Shown here piece after piece: positions 1 to 8,876 of a DNA stretch of 64,000 nt. The notes under the pieces are model-generated. The model saw only the letters and a program-made list of their open reading frames with translations. It was not told the DNA's origin and did not search any database. The position numbers and the translations under genes are program-made. The stretch is from Thermoanaerobaculia bacterium (GTDB lineage Bacteria; Acidobacteriota; Thermoanaerobaculia; Multivoradales; UBA5704), in contig JBGAGQ010000006.1 of assembly GCA_044226625.1 (NCBI GenBank), positions 1 to 64,000 on the forward strand, given 5' to 3'. Position 1 is the first letter of the stretch. Each line of letters begins with the position of its first letter.

Positions 1-3
1 CTA

Positions 4-292
4 ACCCAGGGCGTCGGCCTTCGGCCTCGGCCCTGGGCTAGATTCCGCCGGCCCGTTGGGCCGGTGGCCCTTCGTCGTCAGGTTTCCGAGCCGAGGCGGC
101 GCCAACTCGTTCGGCAGATCTGGTTTCCCGACCGCGCGGAACGGTTTTGTGGATGCCGAAATCGACGCGACTGGATTCGCCATTCAGCGAAGGGGGCGGC
201 CCAACGGGCCGCTAGATCCCAGCCCAGGGCGGAGGCCGAAGGCCGACGCCCTGGGGTCAATGGACACAAAGTTCCGGCGGCCTGAAGGGCCG
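4..292. repeat. REP-like palindromic repeats arranged as an inverted doublet
   Basis: 4-63 (acccagggcgtcggccttcggcctcggccctgggct...cggcccgttgggccg) is nearly the reverse complement of 197-257 (cggcccaacgggccg...agcccagggcggaggccgaaggccgacgccctgggg). Each arm is itself a hairpin. A further mini-hairpin cggcctgaagggccg lies at 278-292. Confidence 0.75.
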
Positions 293-354
293 CAGGAGTC
301 GGCACCTGCGACGCCTTCGACGGGCCGGGGCCCGGCCGGCCGTGCACCGCACAC

Positions 355-920
355 CCGGTCCAGCGCAGCGCGGAGTTGGCCCAGCTCACCCTGGGTTCGG
401 CCCAGGACGGTACTGGACTGGCGCGGCCCACCAGCGGGCTGGTTCCGATCAGAACCGGGCTAGCGCAGCTCACCGCTGTGCTGGCGCAGCTCACTACCGG
501 GTTGGCGCGGCTCACCGCTGTGCTGGCGCGGCTCCCAACCGGGCTGGCTCAGCCCACCTCTGGGCGGGCGCAGCGCACGACCGGGCCGCTCCAGCTCACC
601 ACCGGTCGGGGCCGGGAAACCCCTGGGCTGGCTTGGCTCACCCCTGGGCTGGTACAACTCACCCCTGTCGTGTTCCAGGTCACGAGTGGGCTGGCTCATC
701 TCAGCTCTGGGCCGGCATAGCTCACGACTGGGCTGGACCAGCTCGCTTGTTGGCTGGCGCAGATCACACCTGGGCTGGTTCAGCTCACGGGTTAGCTGGC
801 GCAGCTCACTCCTTTGCCGGCTCGGCCACAAGGGGCGTGACTTAGCGCGCCACGGGTCTGTCCCAGCTCACGACCGAGCTGGCTCAGCACACTTCAGGGC
901 TGGAGCAGCTCACAACTCGG
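355..920. repeat. Degenerate 21-bp tandem array, ~27 units, consensus CTGGCNCAGCTCACNNCNGGG
   Basis: Strict 21-bp register from 355/376 to 816, one 20-bp unit (817-836), then register resumes to 920. The heptad frame (LAQLTTG) has in-register TAG stops at 718, 793 and 843. Confidence 0.9.
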
Positions 921-1021
921 CAGGTTCGAAGTCCGCACCTGCCAGAGTCGGCTGAACCGAGGTCCGCGGTGTGGCTGATCGTGGTCGTCGTCGAACTTTT
1001 CGCCCTGAGGAGGAACCCGAA

Positions 1022-1249
1022 ATGACCGAGGCAGTCAAGCAACTCATGGTGACACTCGAAGGGCTCACCTTAGAGGAGCGCGCCGACCTGGCCTACCACC
1101 TGCTTGAATCTCTCGACGAGGACGATGGCGAGGTGGCGGTCGCATGGGATGCTGAGATCGACCGACGCGTAGCCGAAGTCCGAAATGGTGATGCCGAGGG
1201 CCGCACGGCGGAGAAGGTCTTTGGTCACCTCCGCGAGCTTTATCCGTGA
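1022..1249 (+). CDS. Putative addiction-module antitoxin component (TIGR02574-like)
   Basis: SD gaggagg upstream of ATG 1022; LTLEERADLAYHLLESLD...AWDAEIDRR signature; GTGA overlap with the toxin gene. Confidence 0.8.
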   Translation: MTEAVKQLMVTLEGLTLEERADLAYHLLESLDEDDGEVAVAWDAEIDRRVAEVRNGDAEGRTAEKVFGHLRELYP

Positions 1250-1545
1250 ACTCGATTCGCTTCCACAAGGATGCGGAAGCGGAGCTACTAGATTCGGCGG
1301 CGACCTACGAATCGCAAAGGGTGGGATTGGAGCCCGAGTTCCGTAATGAGGTTGAAGCTACGATGGCGAGGATCCGGCAGCATCCTCGCATCTGGCCGCA
1401 GCACTCTATCGCCGGGACAAGAAGGGCCCCGATTCGTCGTTCCCCTACAAGATCTTCTTCCTGCAGCTCGAGGCGACGCTTTGGATCATCGCCGTCGCCC
1501 ACAACCGCCGGCCCCAATTACTCGACCGGGCGGCGGTCCGGATAG
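1246..1545 (+). pseudogene. RelE/ParE-family toxin with two apparent frameshifts
   Basis: MNSIRFHKDAEAELLDSAATYESQRVGL..F N-terminus. The typical (F)PYKIFF...WIIAVAHNRR segment is in another frame from ~1441, and the original frame resumes near 1512. Confidence 0.7.
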
Positions 1546-1767
1546 CGAACGATCGCAGACGAGTCGAGGATCATTCCCCCGCGGGTCCGTAGCCCAAATT
1601 CTGGCAACAATATACTTGACTCACCAGGCCGAGGTATATCCTATGATCGCTGAACCTCTCCTAGATGATCCCATTCCCCTCTCGGGGAGGCTTTCGGCTC
1701 GCCCCGCGGCTGCAATCTCGCTCCCTGGGAGGCGGAGCCGTACAGGCTTTGGAGCCTTCTGGACCTC

Positions 1768-2553
1768 ATGAAAATAGTAGACCAGAGTTTTTTGGACGAT
1801 GTAATTAACTTCTGTCTCGTTAGCGGCCATTATAGTGGCGCTCAAGCGGCGCTTCGGAAGTTAAAACTGACCGATATTCCGGTTTCGGACGGGCAAGCGC
1901 TTTTCACCCTTTCAGAAGCCCGAGAGATTGCTGCCGCTTTTGTGGCGCATGGATTACCTCGGTCGGCGGATATCCTCTTGGAGTGGATCGGGAAGGATGT
2001 GCGGTCGCGTAATCTCACTCCGGACGTTGTAATGGCGGAATTGCAGCGAAGTATTGAGCGAGAGCTTCGAGCAAATATTTTCCTTCACGTTGACGGGAAA
2101 CGCCGCGAATATCTTGAAGGCAAAGACCTCTTCGGTGAAAATGTCAGCGCTGCATTTCCCTCCGCAAGCTACGACATAGAGGAAGCGGGGAAATGTTTTG
2201 CTCTATGCCGGTACACCGCATGCGTATTCCACTTGATGCGCGTACTAGAGATCGGACTTGATGCGCTTAAAAAAATAACTGGTCTCACCGCCTTCAGTCC
2301 GACCTGGAAAGTGGCCCTAGATCAGATCGCCAAGTCTGTGACTAACAAGCCGGAAAAGGATAAGACGGCGGAAGAGCGGTCTCGGGACAGATTTATTCTC
2401 GACGCTGTGCACTACTTGCAGACCGTCAAGGACGCTACACGAAACCCTGTGGTGCATACACCCGCTCGGACATACACCGAGGAAACGGCCCTAGAGGTGT
2501 ATGTTGCTATGCGCGCGTTTGTGCGGCACTTGTCCAGCAGGCTTTCTGAGTAG
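1768..2553 (+). CDS. HEPN-like domain protein
   Basis: 261 aa, visibly lower GC than neighbours; EEAGKCFALCRYTACVFHLMRVLE helix and an RxxxxH motif (RNPVVH) near the C-terminus. Confidence 0.6.
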   Translation: MKIVDQSFLDDVINFCLVSGHYSGAQAALRKLKLTDIPVSDGQALFTLSEAREIAAAFVAHGLPRSADILLEWIGKDVRSRNLTPDVVMAELQRSIERELRANIFLHVDGKRREYLEGKDLFGENVSAAFPSASYDIEEAGKCFALCRYTACVFHLMRVLEIGLDALKKITGLTAFSPTWKVALDQIAKSVTNKPEKDKTAEERSRDRFILDAVHYLQTVKDATRNPVVHTPARTYTEETALEVYVAMRAFVRHLSSRLSE

Positions 2554-2935
2554 GTCAGTCCTCCACCCCCAGAAATTCCCGTAAAGCGCGGCGGATGATC
2601 TCGGATTTGCTTGCCCGTTCCTTCGCCGCTCGCTTCTCCAGAGCTTCCGCTTCGTCCGCATGTAGGTAGGCGACCTCCCGCACGAGTCCGTGGCTCGTGG
2701 CGGGAGCCCCTGCGCTCCGGTTCGGTCTTCCTGGTAGGCACGTCAGGACGATACCGAACCTCGCTGCCTACATTAGGAACACTATAAACACACATTATGC
2801 ACACATTGTAGCCTGTCTTCACAATCTGGGAACGGAGGTGGAGCGAGCCGAGCGCCGAAGGGGAAAGCCTTGCGCGAAGGGCACCGCCTTTGCCTGTCGG
2901 CGGGGCGGGTTTTCCATCTCAGAACGGAGGAAGCG

Positions 2936-3048
2936 GTGACGGTCGAACAGGCACAGGCGGCGCTCGCCGCCGTGGCGGATGCTTTGGGCGCTGCCGAGCG
3001 GGCGCTCGAAACGATTCTGGCGGAGCTGCCGCCGTCAGAGCAGGAAGA
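2936..3048 (+). pseudogene. 5' fragment of a small helical protein gene cut by the IS21 element
   Basis: SD ggagg at 2926-2930, GTG start, amphipathic MTVEQAQAALAAVADALGAAERALETILAELPP, ending at the IS terminal TG at 3049. Confidence 0.55.
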
Positions 3049-3257
3049 TGTCAAGCGACACCCACCTTTACGAGCTAAGGCGACAGCTACCTTTACGAGG
3101 TTTTGGTGGGAGGGGAAGGGCGGCGGCGGTGGCCCGCGGGGAGCTCGAGGAGTAGGCCCGGGGAGGGCCGGCCAGGGGCGGAGGCCGGTCGGCGGGGTGG
3201 GGGTCGGCCGGAGCCCCTGGCCGGCGCGCGCGGGCACGGGAGGGGCTCCGAAAAACA

Positions 3258-4034
3258 TCAGCGTCCTCGCTCCGCGGACGCTTCCAGCTCGCGCAGTCGG
3301 TAGCTGCGTCCCTTGATGTTGAGCACGTGACTTCGATGAAGAAGGCGGTCCAAGATCGCCGTGGCGAGTACCTCGTCGCCGGCCAAGATCTCCGGCCAAT
3401 CGCGGATGCCTTTGTTGGTCGTGATCAGGAGGCTCCCGCGACCGTAGCGGTAGCTGACCAGGCGAAAAAACAGGCTCGCTTCGTGCCGGCTCATCGGCTC
3501 GAAGCCCACCTCGTCGAGGATCACCAAAGACACGTTGTTGTACTTGCGTTTTCGGAGCCGAGACGACGGCAGGTCCGCGTCGCGCCGCAGCGACTGGAGA
3601 AGCTCCTCGAGGCGAAAAAAGGCTACAGAAAAGCCGTTCTCCACCGCCCGCACGCCCAGCGCGACGGCCAGGTGCGTCTTTCCTACTCCCGGCGGCCCTT
3701 GCAGCAAGAGCGTCGCTCCCTCCCGAATCCAGCCGCAGGTCGCGAGCGTCTCGATCCGGCTTCGATCCACCGCCGGTTGAAAGCTGAAATCGAAGCTCCC
3801 GAGCGTCTGCCCCGTGGGCAAGCCCGAAAGACGAAGCGACACCTTGGTCCGGCGCTCTTCTCGGCTCGACAGCTCCGCGTCGAGCAAACTATCGAGAAAA
3901 CGATGCGGCGACTGCGACTCCTTGACGGTCTCGGCGATGCGCTCGCTCAGCTGCTCGGCAGCGTACGACAAGCCCAGCTTCGTCAGCCGCTCGCGTGTCG
4001 CATCCAGATCCACCCGCGGCTTGGTCGCGCTCAT
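3258..4034 (-). CDS. istB: IS21 helper AAA+ ATPase IstB
   Basis: FDFSFQP, Walker A GPPGVGKTHL, Walker B VILDEVG, AILDRLLH, GRSYR; start overlaps the istA stop (ATGA). Confidence 0.95.
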   Translation of the reverse strand: MSATKPRVDLDATRERLTKLGLSYAAEQLSERIAETVKESQSPHRFLDSLLDAELSSREERRTKVSLRLSGLPTGQTLGSFDFSFQPAVDRSRIETLATCGWIREGATLLLQGPPGVGKTHLAVALGVRAVENGFSVAFFRLEELLQSLRRDADLPSSRLRKRKYNNVSLVILDEVGFEPMSRHEASLFFRLVSYRYGRGSLLITTNKGIRDWPEILAGDEVLATAILDRLLHRSHVLNIKGRSYRLRELEASAERGR

Positions 4035-5302
4035 CGCGCCACCTCCGCCAGGGAAGCGTACAGGTCCAGAGGTCGCTGCTGGGGCACCAGGGCCGCGATC
4101 TCCTCCAGGCGACGCCCCATGCGCCCCAGGGGGAGCGGCGGCAAAACCTCGCCCGTCGCAGGACCCTCGAAGTGGCGTGGATCGACGACGATGCGCGATT
4201 CGGTCTTGCGCGGATGGCGGGCGATCACAGCGCCTCCCGACAGAATCAGCACGTCGCTTGCACCGCCCCACAGCTCGACCGATCGACCCACCCAGGCAAA
4301 GGGCACCGAGTAGGTCCGCCCTTCGAAGGACACCGTGCAGTCGATTGCCACCTTGCGCTCGGCCACGACGTCGAAAGGCTCCGGCAGCAATGGGAGAAGG
4401 CCCAGAAAGGGCTTCTCTCGCTCCCAAGCTTCGAGTACCGAGGTCCCCGTTGCCGGGCAGCGTCGACGTTCAGCCGAGCGCCGCACGGCTTCGTCGGTGG
4501 CCGCTTGAAGCTCTTCCAGGCTGTCCCAGGCACGGCCCGTCACAGCAAGCCCAAGAGTGCGGCGCTCGACGCCGATTCGGCGCTCAATCTTGCCCTTCGC
4601 TTCTGGACTACGGGGAGCACAAGCGTCCACGTGGAATCGCGCCACCTGCGCATAGCGCCGGTAAGCCGGGTTGATCTCGCCCCAGGCTCCCGCACCCCGC
4701 GACATCGCCGTCTTCTCGTTGTCTACGCGAATCGAGGCCGGCACCCCGCCCAGCCGCATCAGCGCCCGGTTGTGGACCTCATGCCACGACAGCTGGCCCT
4801 TGCGCCGAGACCACACCACCGCCTCGTGTCGCGAGTACGACAGCTGAAGGTAGAACGCATACAGCGCTTCGCATCGCCCTCCCACGATCACCTCGGGATA
4901 CGTCGCCCAATCCGCCTGGGCTTGGCCACCCGGAGGGGTCTCCACCCGACGCCGAGCTCGCCGCGGCGGCGGCGGGTAGTGCCGCGCTACGTAGCGTTCG
5001 ACCGAGCGCAGGCTCCCTGCGTACGAATGCTCCGCCACCAGGTACTCGTGAAGCGCCGCGAGATTCCACCCCGGCCGATCACCCACCGCCTTCAACCACT
5101 GCTCGATCGCCTCGCGGCAGACCTCCGCCCGCTGCACCTGACGGGCACGACCGTCTACCGCCTCCGACTTATCTCGACGCTCGTGATATCGAACGGCGCC
5201 TTCAGACACTGACAGCGCCAGGGCCACCGCGCAACGCGACCACCCTCGGCGCAACAACTCTCGAATCGTCATGACTGCCTCCGGACCGAGCTTCGGCGCC
5301 AT
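4031..5302 (-). CDS. istA: IS21 DDE transposase IstA
   Basis: ETPPGGQAQADW, LSYSR, GGVP..IRVDN, KGKIER, YSVP; N-terminal HTH. Confidence 0.95.
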   Translation of the reverse strand: MAPKLGPEAVMTIRELLRRGWSRCAVALALSVSEGAVRYHERRDKSEAVDGRARQVQRAEVCREAIEQWLKAVGDRPGWNLAALHEYLVAEHSYAGSLRSVERYVARHYPPPPRRARRRVETPPGGQAQADWATYPEVIVGGRCEALYAFYLQLSYSRHEAVVWSRRKGQLSWHEVHNRALMRLGGVPASIRVDNEKTAMSRGAGAWGEINPAYRRYAQVARFHVDACAPRSPEAKGKIERRIGVERRTLGLAVTGRAWDSLEELQAATDEAVRRSAERRRCPATGTSVLEAWEREKPFLGLLPLLPEPFDVVAERKVAIDCTVSFEGRTYSVPFAWVGRSVELWGGASDVLILSGGAVIARHPRKTESRIVVDPRHFEGPATGEVLPPLPLGRMGRRLEEIAALVPQQRPLDLYASLAEVAR

Positions 5303-5505
5303 GGGTCACTCCCCCTTGCGGAGAAGCTTGGCGCCTCGACTCCCGTCTTCGATCAGGTCGTAAGACTGGGTGTCGCCTTAGCTCTAGTCTCGGGTGTCGC
5401 TCGACAACCGGAGGCCGGAACCGAGAGCCCAGTGCTTCCTGCCGCGCGAGCCTCTCCTCCGGTGCAACCCCTAGATCCGTCGCGCCGATCCACCGGCTAC
5501 GGATT

Positions 5506-5958
5506 TCAGGGAACCCGTTTTCGATAGCGCGAAGGGAGGCGACCCGTGCCGCGCTCGACGCGGTGCAGGCGATGATCTTCTTCTACCAGCCGGATCAGCA
5601 CTCGGTGGAGGACGGCGCGGTCCGGCACGTAGTCGAGCACCGCGAGGACGTCGTCGCGGGTGAACTCCTCGGGCACCCTCTCGAGCGCAGCCACGACGTC
5701 GTCGTAGACCTGGAACGACGGCCGGCGCTTCGGCTTCGAGGGAGGAGCGGACGCGACCGGAACGGTCGGGATCGGGATCGAATACGGCGAGGGCGAGGGC
5801 GACGCAGGGGCCGGGCCGAGGGCGTCCTCCAGGCCGCTCCGCCAGAGGATCTCCAGCGTCCGCAGCTGGAGGCGCCGACCGGCTTCCAATAGCTCGACCC
5901 CGAGCCGATGCTGGTCCTCGATCTGTCGCTTGCGATCTTCGTATTCATCGCGTGTCAT
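5506..5958 (-). CDS. Hypothetical protein: N-terminal coiled coil, Pro-rich linker, C-terminal winged-helix-like domain (copy 1)
   Basis: MTRDEYEDRKRQIEDQHR... 150 aa; the C-terminal FTRDDV...RAVLHRVLIRLVEE...GRLPSRY resembles a wHTH. Confidence 0.7.
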   Translation of the reverse strand: MTRDEYEDRKRQIEDQHRLGVELLEAGRRLQLRTLEILWRSGLEDALGPAPASPSPSPYSIPIPTVPVASAPPSKPKRRPSFQVYDDVVAALERVPEEFTRDDVLAVLDYVPDRAVLHRVLIRLVEEDHRLHRVERGTGRLPSRYRKRVP

Positions 5959-6075
5959 GGCGTGGCACAAGTCGTATCACAGAACAGGACGCGTACCGCC
6001 CGTAACCGATCCCTCTCCCCGGAGATCGTCACAACCGTCAAGGAGGCCAAGCCATCAGGCGTTAAGATCCGCGGC

Positions 6076-6694
6076 ATGCGAGAAGAAGACTGGTCCTCGC
6101 GCTCGCGAGCGAATTCAGCGAAGCGGGTGGCGCGTCCTTCGCGGCCCTCGTGCGCCTCACATCGCAAGAAGCTCTATTGGGTCGCGGCGGTTCTCGCCTT
6201 GGCAACAACATGGACAATGCCGACCTTTGCCGAGGAGCCCGTCAAGCTGACCGTCTGCCAGTTGCTGGAAGACCCCGGGCGATACAATCATCGACTCATC
6301 GAGATCAACGGCACCGTGAACCGAGGGTTTGAGAATTTCACCCTGAGCGATCGCGCCTGTGACACGCACGACAGGATCTGGCTCGAATTCGGAGGAGAAC
6401 GAGGCACCGGAGCCGTGTATTGCTGCGGTGTGCCGGCTGAGACCAAGCGGAAGAGCACTCTCGTCGTCGAGGGAGTGGAAACCCGATTGGTGGTCGACGC
6501 GATGTTCAAAAAAATTTCAGCAGCTCACTCGGGTGAAGACGGGCACGGCGCATGCCAAGGTGACCTTGATCGGGCGCTATTTCTCGGGAACGCGAGAGAC
6601 GTTTCCGGGGGGCACGTACTGGGTCGGGTACGGACACCTGGGAATGGCGACGCTCCTCGTGATCGAGCAAGTGAAAGAAGTCCGCCCGAAATAG
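6076..6694 (+). pseudogene. Secreted OB-fold-like protein, frameshifted at an A7 run (copy 1)
   Basis: Signal-like WVAAVLALATTWTMPTFA, then PVKLTVCQLLEDP..YN. The frame continues as KKFQQL...GYGHLG...LLVIEQV only if the A7 at ~6508-6514 is A6. Start uncertain. Confidence 0.6.
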
Positions 6695-6822
6695 AGCCGC
6701 TCGGCTCCTTCGCGTGCGCGCCTACGGCGCTGCCAGTCGCCTACGCGGCGCAGACCGAGCCATCCCCGAAGTAGACCCTTCACAGGAATCTCGACGTCGA
6801 CGGAGAGCGCAAAGCGAAGAAG

Positions 6823-7253
6823 ATGCGCGGACTTGCCTCGGTGTTCCTCGTTGTTTCCACCGTCTCCTGCGCCAGCCATCGGCTCGACATCGCGGGAGTG
6901 CTTCAGGAGGGCCGGCATATCGACGGGCGTCGGGTCCAGGTCACCGGCGAGGTCGCCGGATCTCCGCAGATCGGTCCGAGCGGGGCGACCTCCTACGAGA
7001 TCACCGACGGCACCGGGACGCTCTCCGTGACATCGCGGCTCGATCCTCCCACCCGGTGTCACACGATCCGGGTCAAGGAAAGGTCCGGTCGGTCTTCACC
7101 GCCGAGACGAACAGCCATCGCCCAGGCAAGGTCTACCGCCCGTGGTGGACCGGACTCGCGATCGAAGAGGAGTCGCGGGAAGACCTCGGATTGAGCCCGA
7201 AGGCCAAGATCTTCGGGTGCGAGCCCGAACGCCACCCCGAGCCCTCCCCGTAG
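6823..7253 (+). pseudogene. OB-fold lipoprotein, frameshifted copy
   Basis: Same as 8877-9314 but has gtcaagg instead of gtcaaagg at ~7075, and a different C-terminus after the duplication junction. Confidence 0.5.
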
Positions 7254-7319
7254 CGCTCCGGTGATCGGGGACCGAAACCCGCAAGGGAGCGCCCGGGGAG
7301 GCCCCCTCCAAGGGCGACC

Positions 7320-7459
7320 CGTCATGACTGCCTCCGGACCGAGCTTCGGCGCCATGGGTCACTCCCCCTTGCGGAGAAGCTTGGCGCCTCGACTCCCGTC
7401 TTCGATCAGGTCGTAAGACTGGGTGTCGCCTTAGCTCTAGTCTCGGGTGTCGCTCGACA
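7320..7459 (-). mobile_element. Orphan IS21 terminus with the first ~12 codons of istA
   Basis: Matches 5267-5406, including the terminal ...gtgtcgctcgaca. Confidence 0.85.
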
Positions 7460-7557
7460 ACCGGAGGCCGGAACCGAGAGCCCAGTGCTTCCTGCCGCGC
7501 GAGCTCTCCTCCGGTGCAACCCCTAGATCCGTCGCGCCGATCCACCGGCTACGGATT

Positions 7558-8010
7558 TCAGGGAACCCGTTTTCGATAGCGCGAAGGGAGGCGACCCGTG
7601 CCGCGCTCGACGCGGTGCAGGCGATGATCTTCTTCTACCAGCCGGATCAGCACTCGGTGGAGGACGGCGCGGTCCGGCACGTAGTCGAGCACCGCGAGGA
7701 CGTCGTCGCGGGTGAACTCCTCGGGCACCCTCTCGAGCGCAGCCACGACGTCGTCGTAGACCTGGAACGACGGCCGGCGCTTCGGCTTCGAGGGAGGAGC
7801 GGACGCGACCGGAACGGTCGGGATCGGGATCGAATACGGCGAGGGCGAGGGCGACGCAGGGGCCGGGCCGAGGGCGTCCTCCAGGCCGCTCCGCCAGAGG
7901 ATCTCCAGCGTCCGCAGCTGGAGGCGCCGACCGGCTTCCAATAGCTCGACCCCGAGCCGATGCTGGTCCTCGATCTGTCGCTTGCGATCTTCGTATTCAT
8001 CGCGTGTCAT
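7558..8010 (-). CDS. Hypothetical coiled-coil/wHTH protein (copy 2)
   Basis: Translation identical to copy 1. Confidence 0.7.
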   Translation of the reverse strand: MTRDEYEDRKRQIEDQHRLGVELLEAGRRLQLRTLEILWRSGLEDALGPAPASPSPSPYSIPIPTVPVASAPPSKPKRRPSFQVYDDVVAALERVPEEFTRDDVLAVLDYVPDRAVLHRVLIRLVEEDHRLHRVERGTGRLPSRYRKRVP

Positions 8011-8128
8011 GGCGTGGCACAAGTCGTATCACAGAACAGGACGCGTACCGCCCGTAACCGATCCCTCTCCCCCGGAGATCGTCACAACCGTCAAGGAGGC
8101 CAAGCCATCAGGCGTTAAGATCCGCGGC

Positions 8129-8747
8129 ATGCGAGAAGAAGACTGGTCCTCGCGCTCGCGAGCGAATTCAGCGAAGCGGGTGGCGCGTCCTTCGCGGCCC
8201 TCGTGCGCCTCACATCGCAAGAAGCTCTATTGGGTCGCGGCGGTTCTCGCCTTGGCAACAACATGGACAATGCCGACCTTTGCCGAGGAGCCCGTCAAGC
8301 TGACCGTCTGCCAGTTGCTGGAAGACCCCGGGCGATACAATCATCGACTCATCGAGATCAACGGCACCGTGAACCGAGGGTTTGAGAATTTCACCCTGAG
8401 CGATCGCGCCTGTGACACGCACGACAGGATCTGGCTCGAATTCGGAGGAGAACGAGGCACCGGAGCCGTGTATTGCTGCGGTGTGCCGGCTGAGACCAAG
8501 CGGAAGAGCACTCTCGTCGTCGAGGGAGTGGAAACCCGATTGGTGGTCGACGCGATGTTCAAAAAAATTTCAGCAGCTCACTCGGGTGAAGACGGGCACG
8601 GCGCATGCCAAGGTGACCTTGATCGGGCGCTATTTCTCGGGAACGCGAGAGACGTTTCCGGGGGGCACGTACTGGGTCGGGTACGGACACCTGGGAATGG
8701 CGACGCTCCTCGTGATCGAGCAAGTGAAAGAAGTCCGCCCGAAATAG
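8129..8747 (+). pseudogene. Secreted OB-fold-like protein, frameshifted at A7 (copy 2)
   Basis: Same A7 run at 8561-8567. Confidence 0.6.
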
Positions 8748-8876
8748 AGCCGCTCGGCTCCTTCGCGTGCGCGCCTACGGCGCTGCCAGTCGCCTACGCG
8801 GCGCAGACCGAGCCATCCCCGAAGTAGACCCCTTCACAGGAATCTCGACGTCGACGGAGAGCGCAAAGCGAAGAAG

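Larger units (their letters stand above)
3049..5406 (-). mobile_element. IS21-family insertion sequence (2358 bp)
   Basis: TG...CA ends. Left end TGTCAAGCGACACCCACCTTTACGAGCTAAGGCGACA; reverse complement of right end TGTCGAGCGACACCCGAGACTAGAGCTAAGGCGACA. Subterminal GCGACA boxes are repeated; encodes istA and istB. Confidence 0.93.
5267..7215. repeat. Copy 1 of a ~1.95-kb near-identical direct duplication
   Basis: Matches 7320-9270; the differences I could see are single-base homopolymer indels. Confidence 0.95.

Noticed and set aside
355-920. CRISPR array or intact coiled-coil gene
   Set aside because: No unique spacers and no cas genes. The plus heptad frame has stops and a frameshift, and the overlapping ORFs are expected from a GC-rich repeat whose period is a multiple of three.
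1616-1647. Sigma70 promoter (TTGACT...TATCCT/TATGAT) for the HEPN-like gene
   Set aside because: Spacers would be 15 or 20 nt, outside the usual 16-18.
4031-4427. Extended IstB N-terminus or programmed istA-istB frameshift
   Set aside because: A simple ATGA overlap explains the coupling, and no slippery heptamer is evident.
7214-7320. Hammerhead ribozyme or group II intron 5' end (GTGCG)
   Set aside because: The core reads CCGGTGA rather than CUGANGA, there is no UH cleavage site after stem III, and there is no domain V or maturase.
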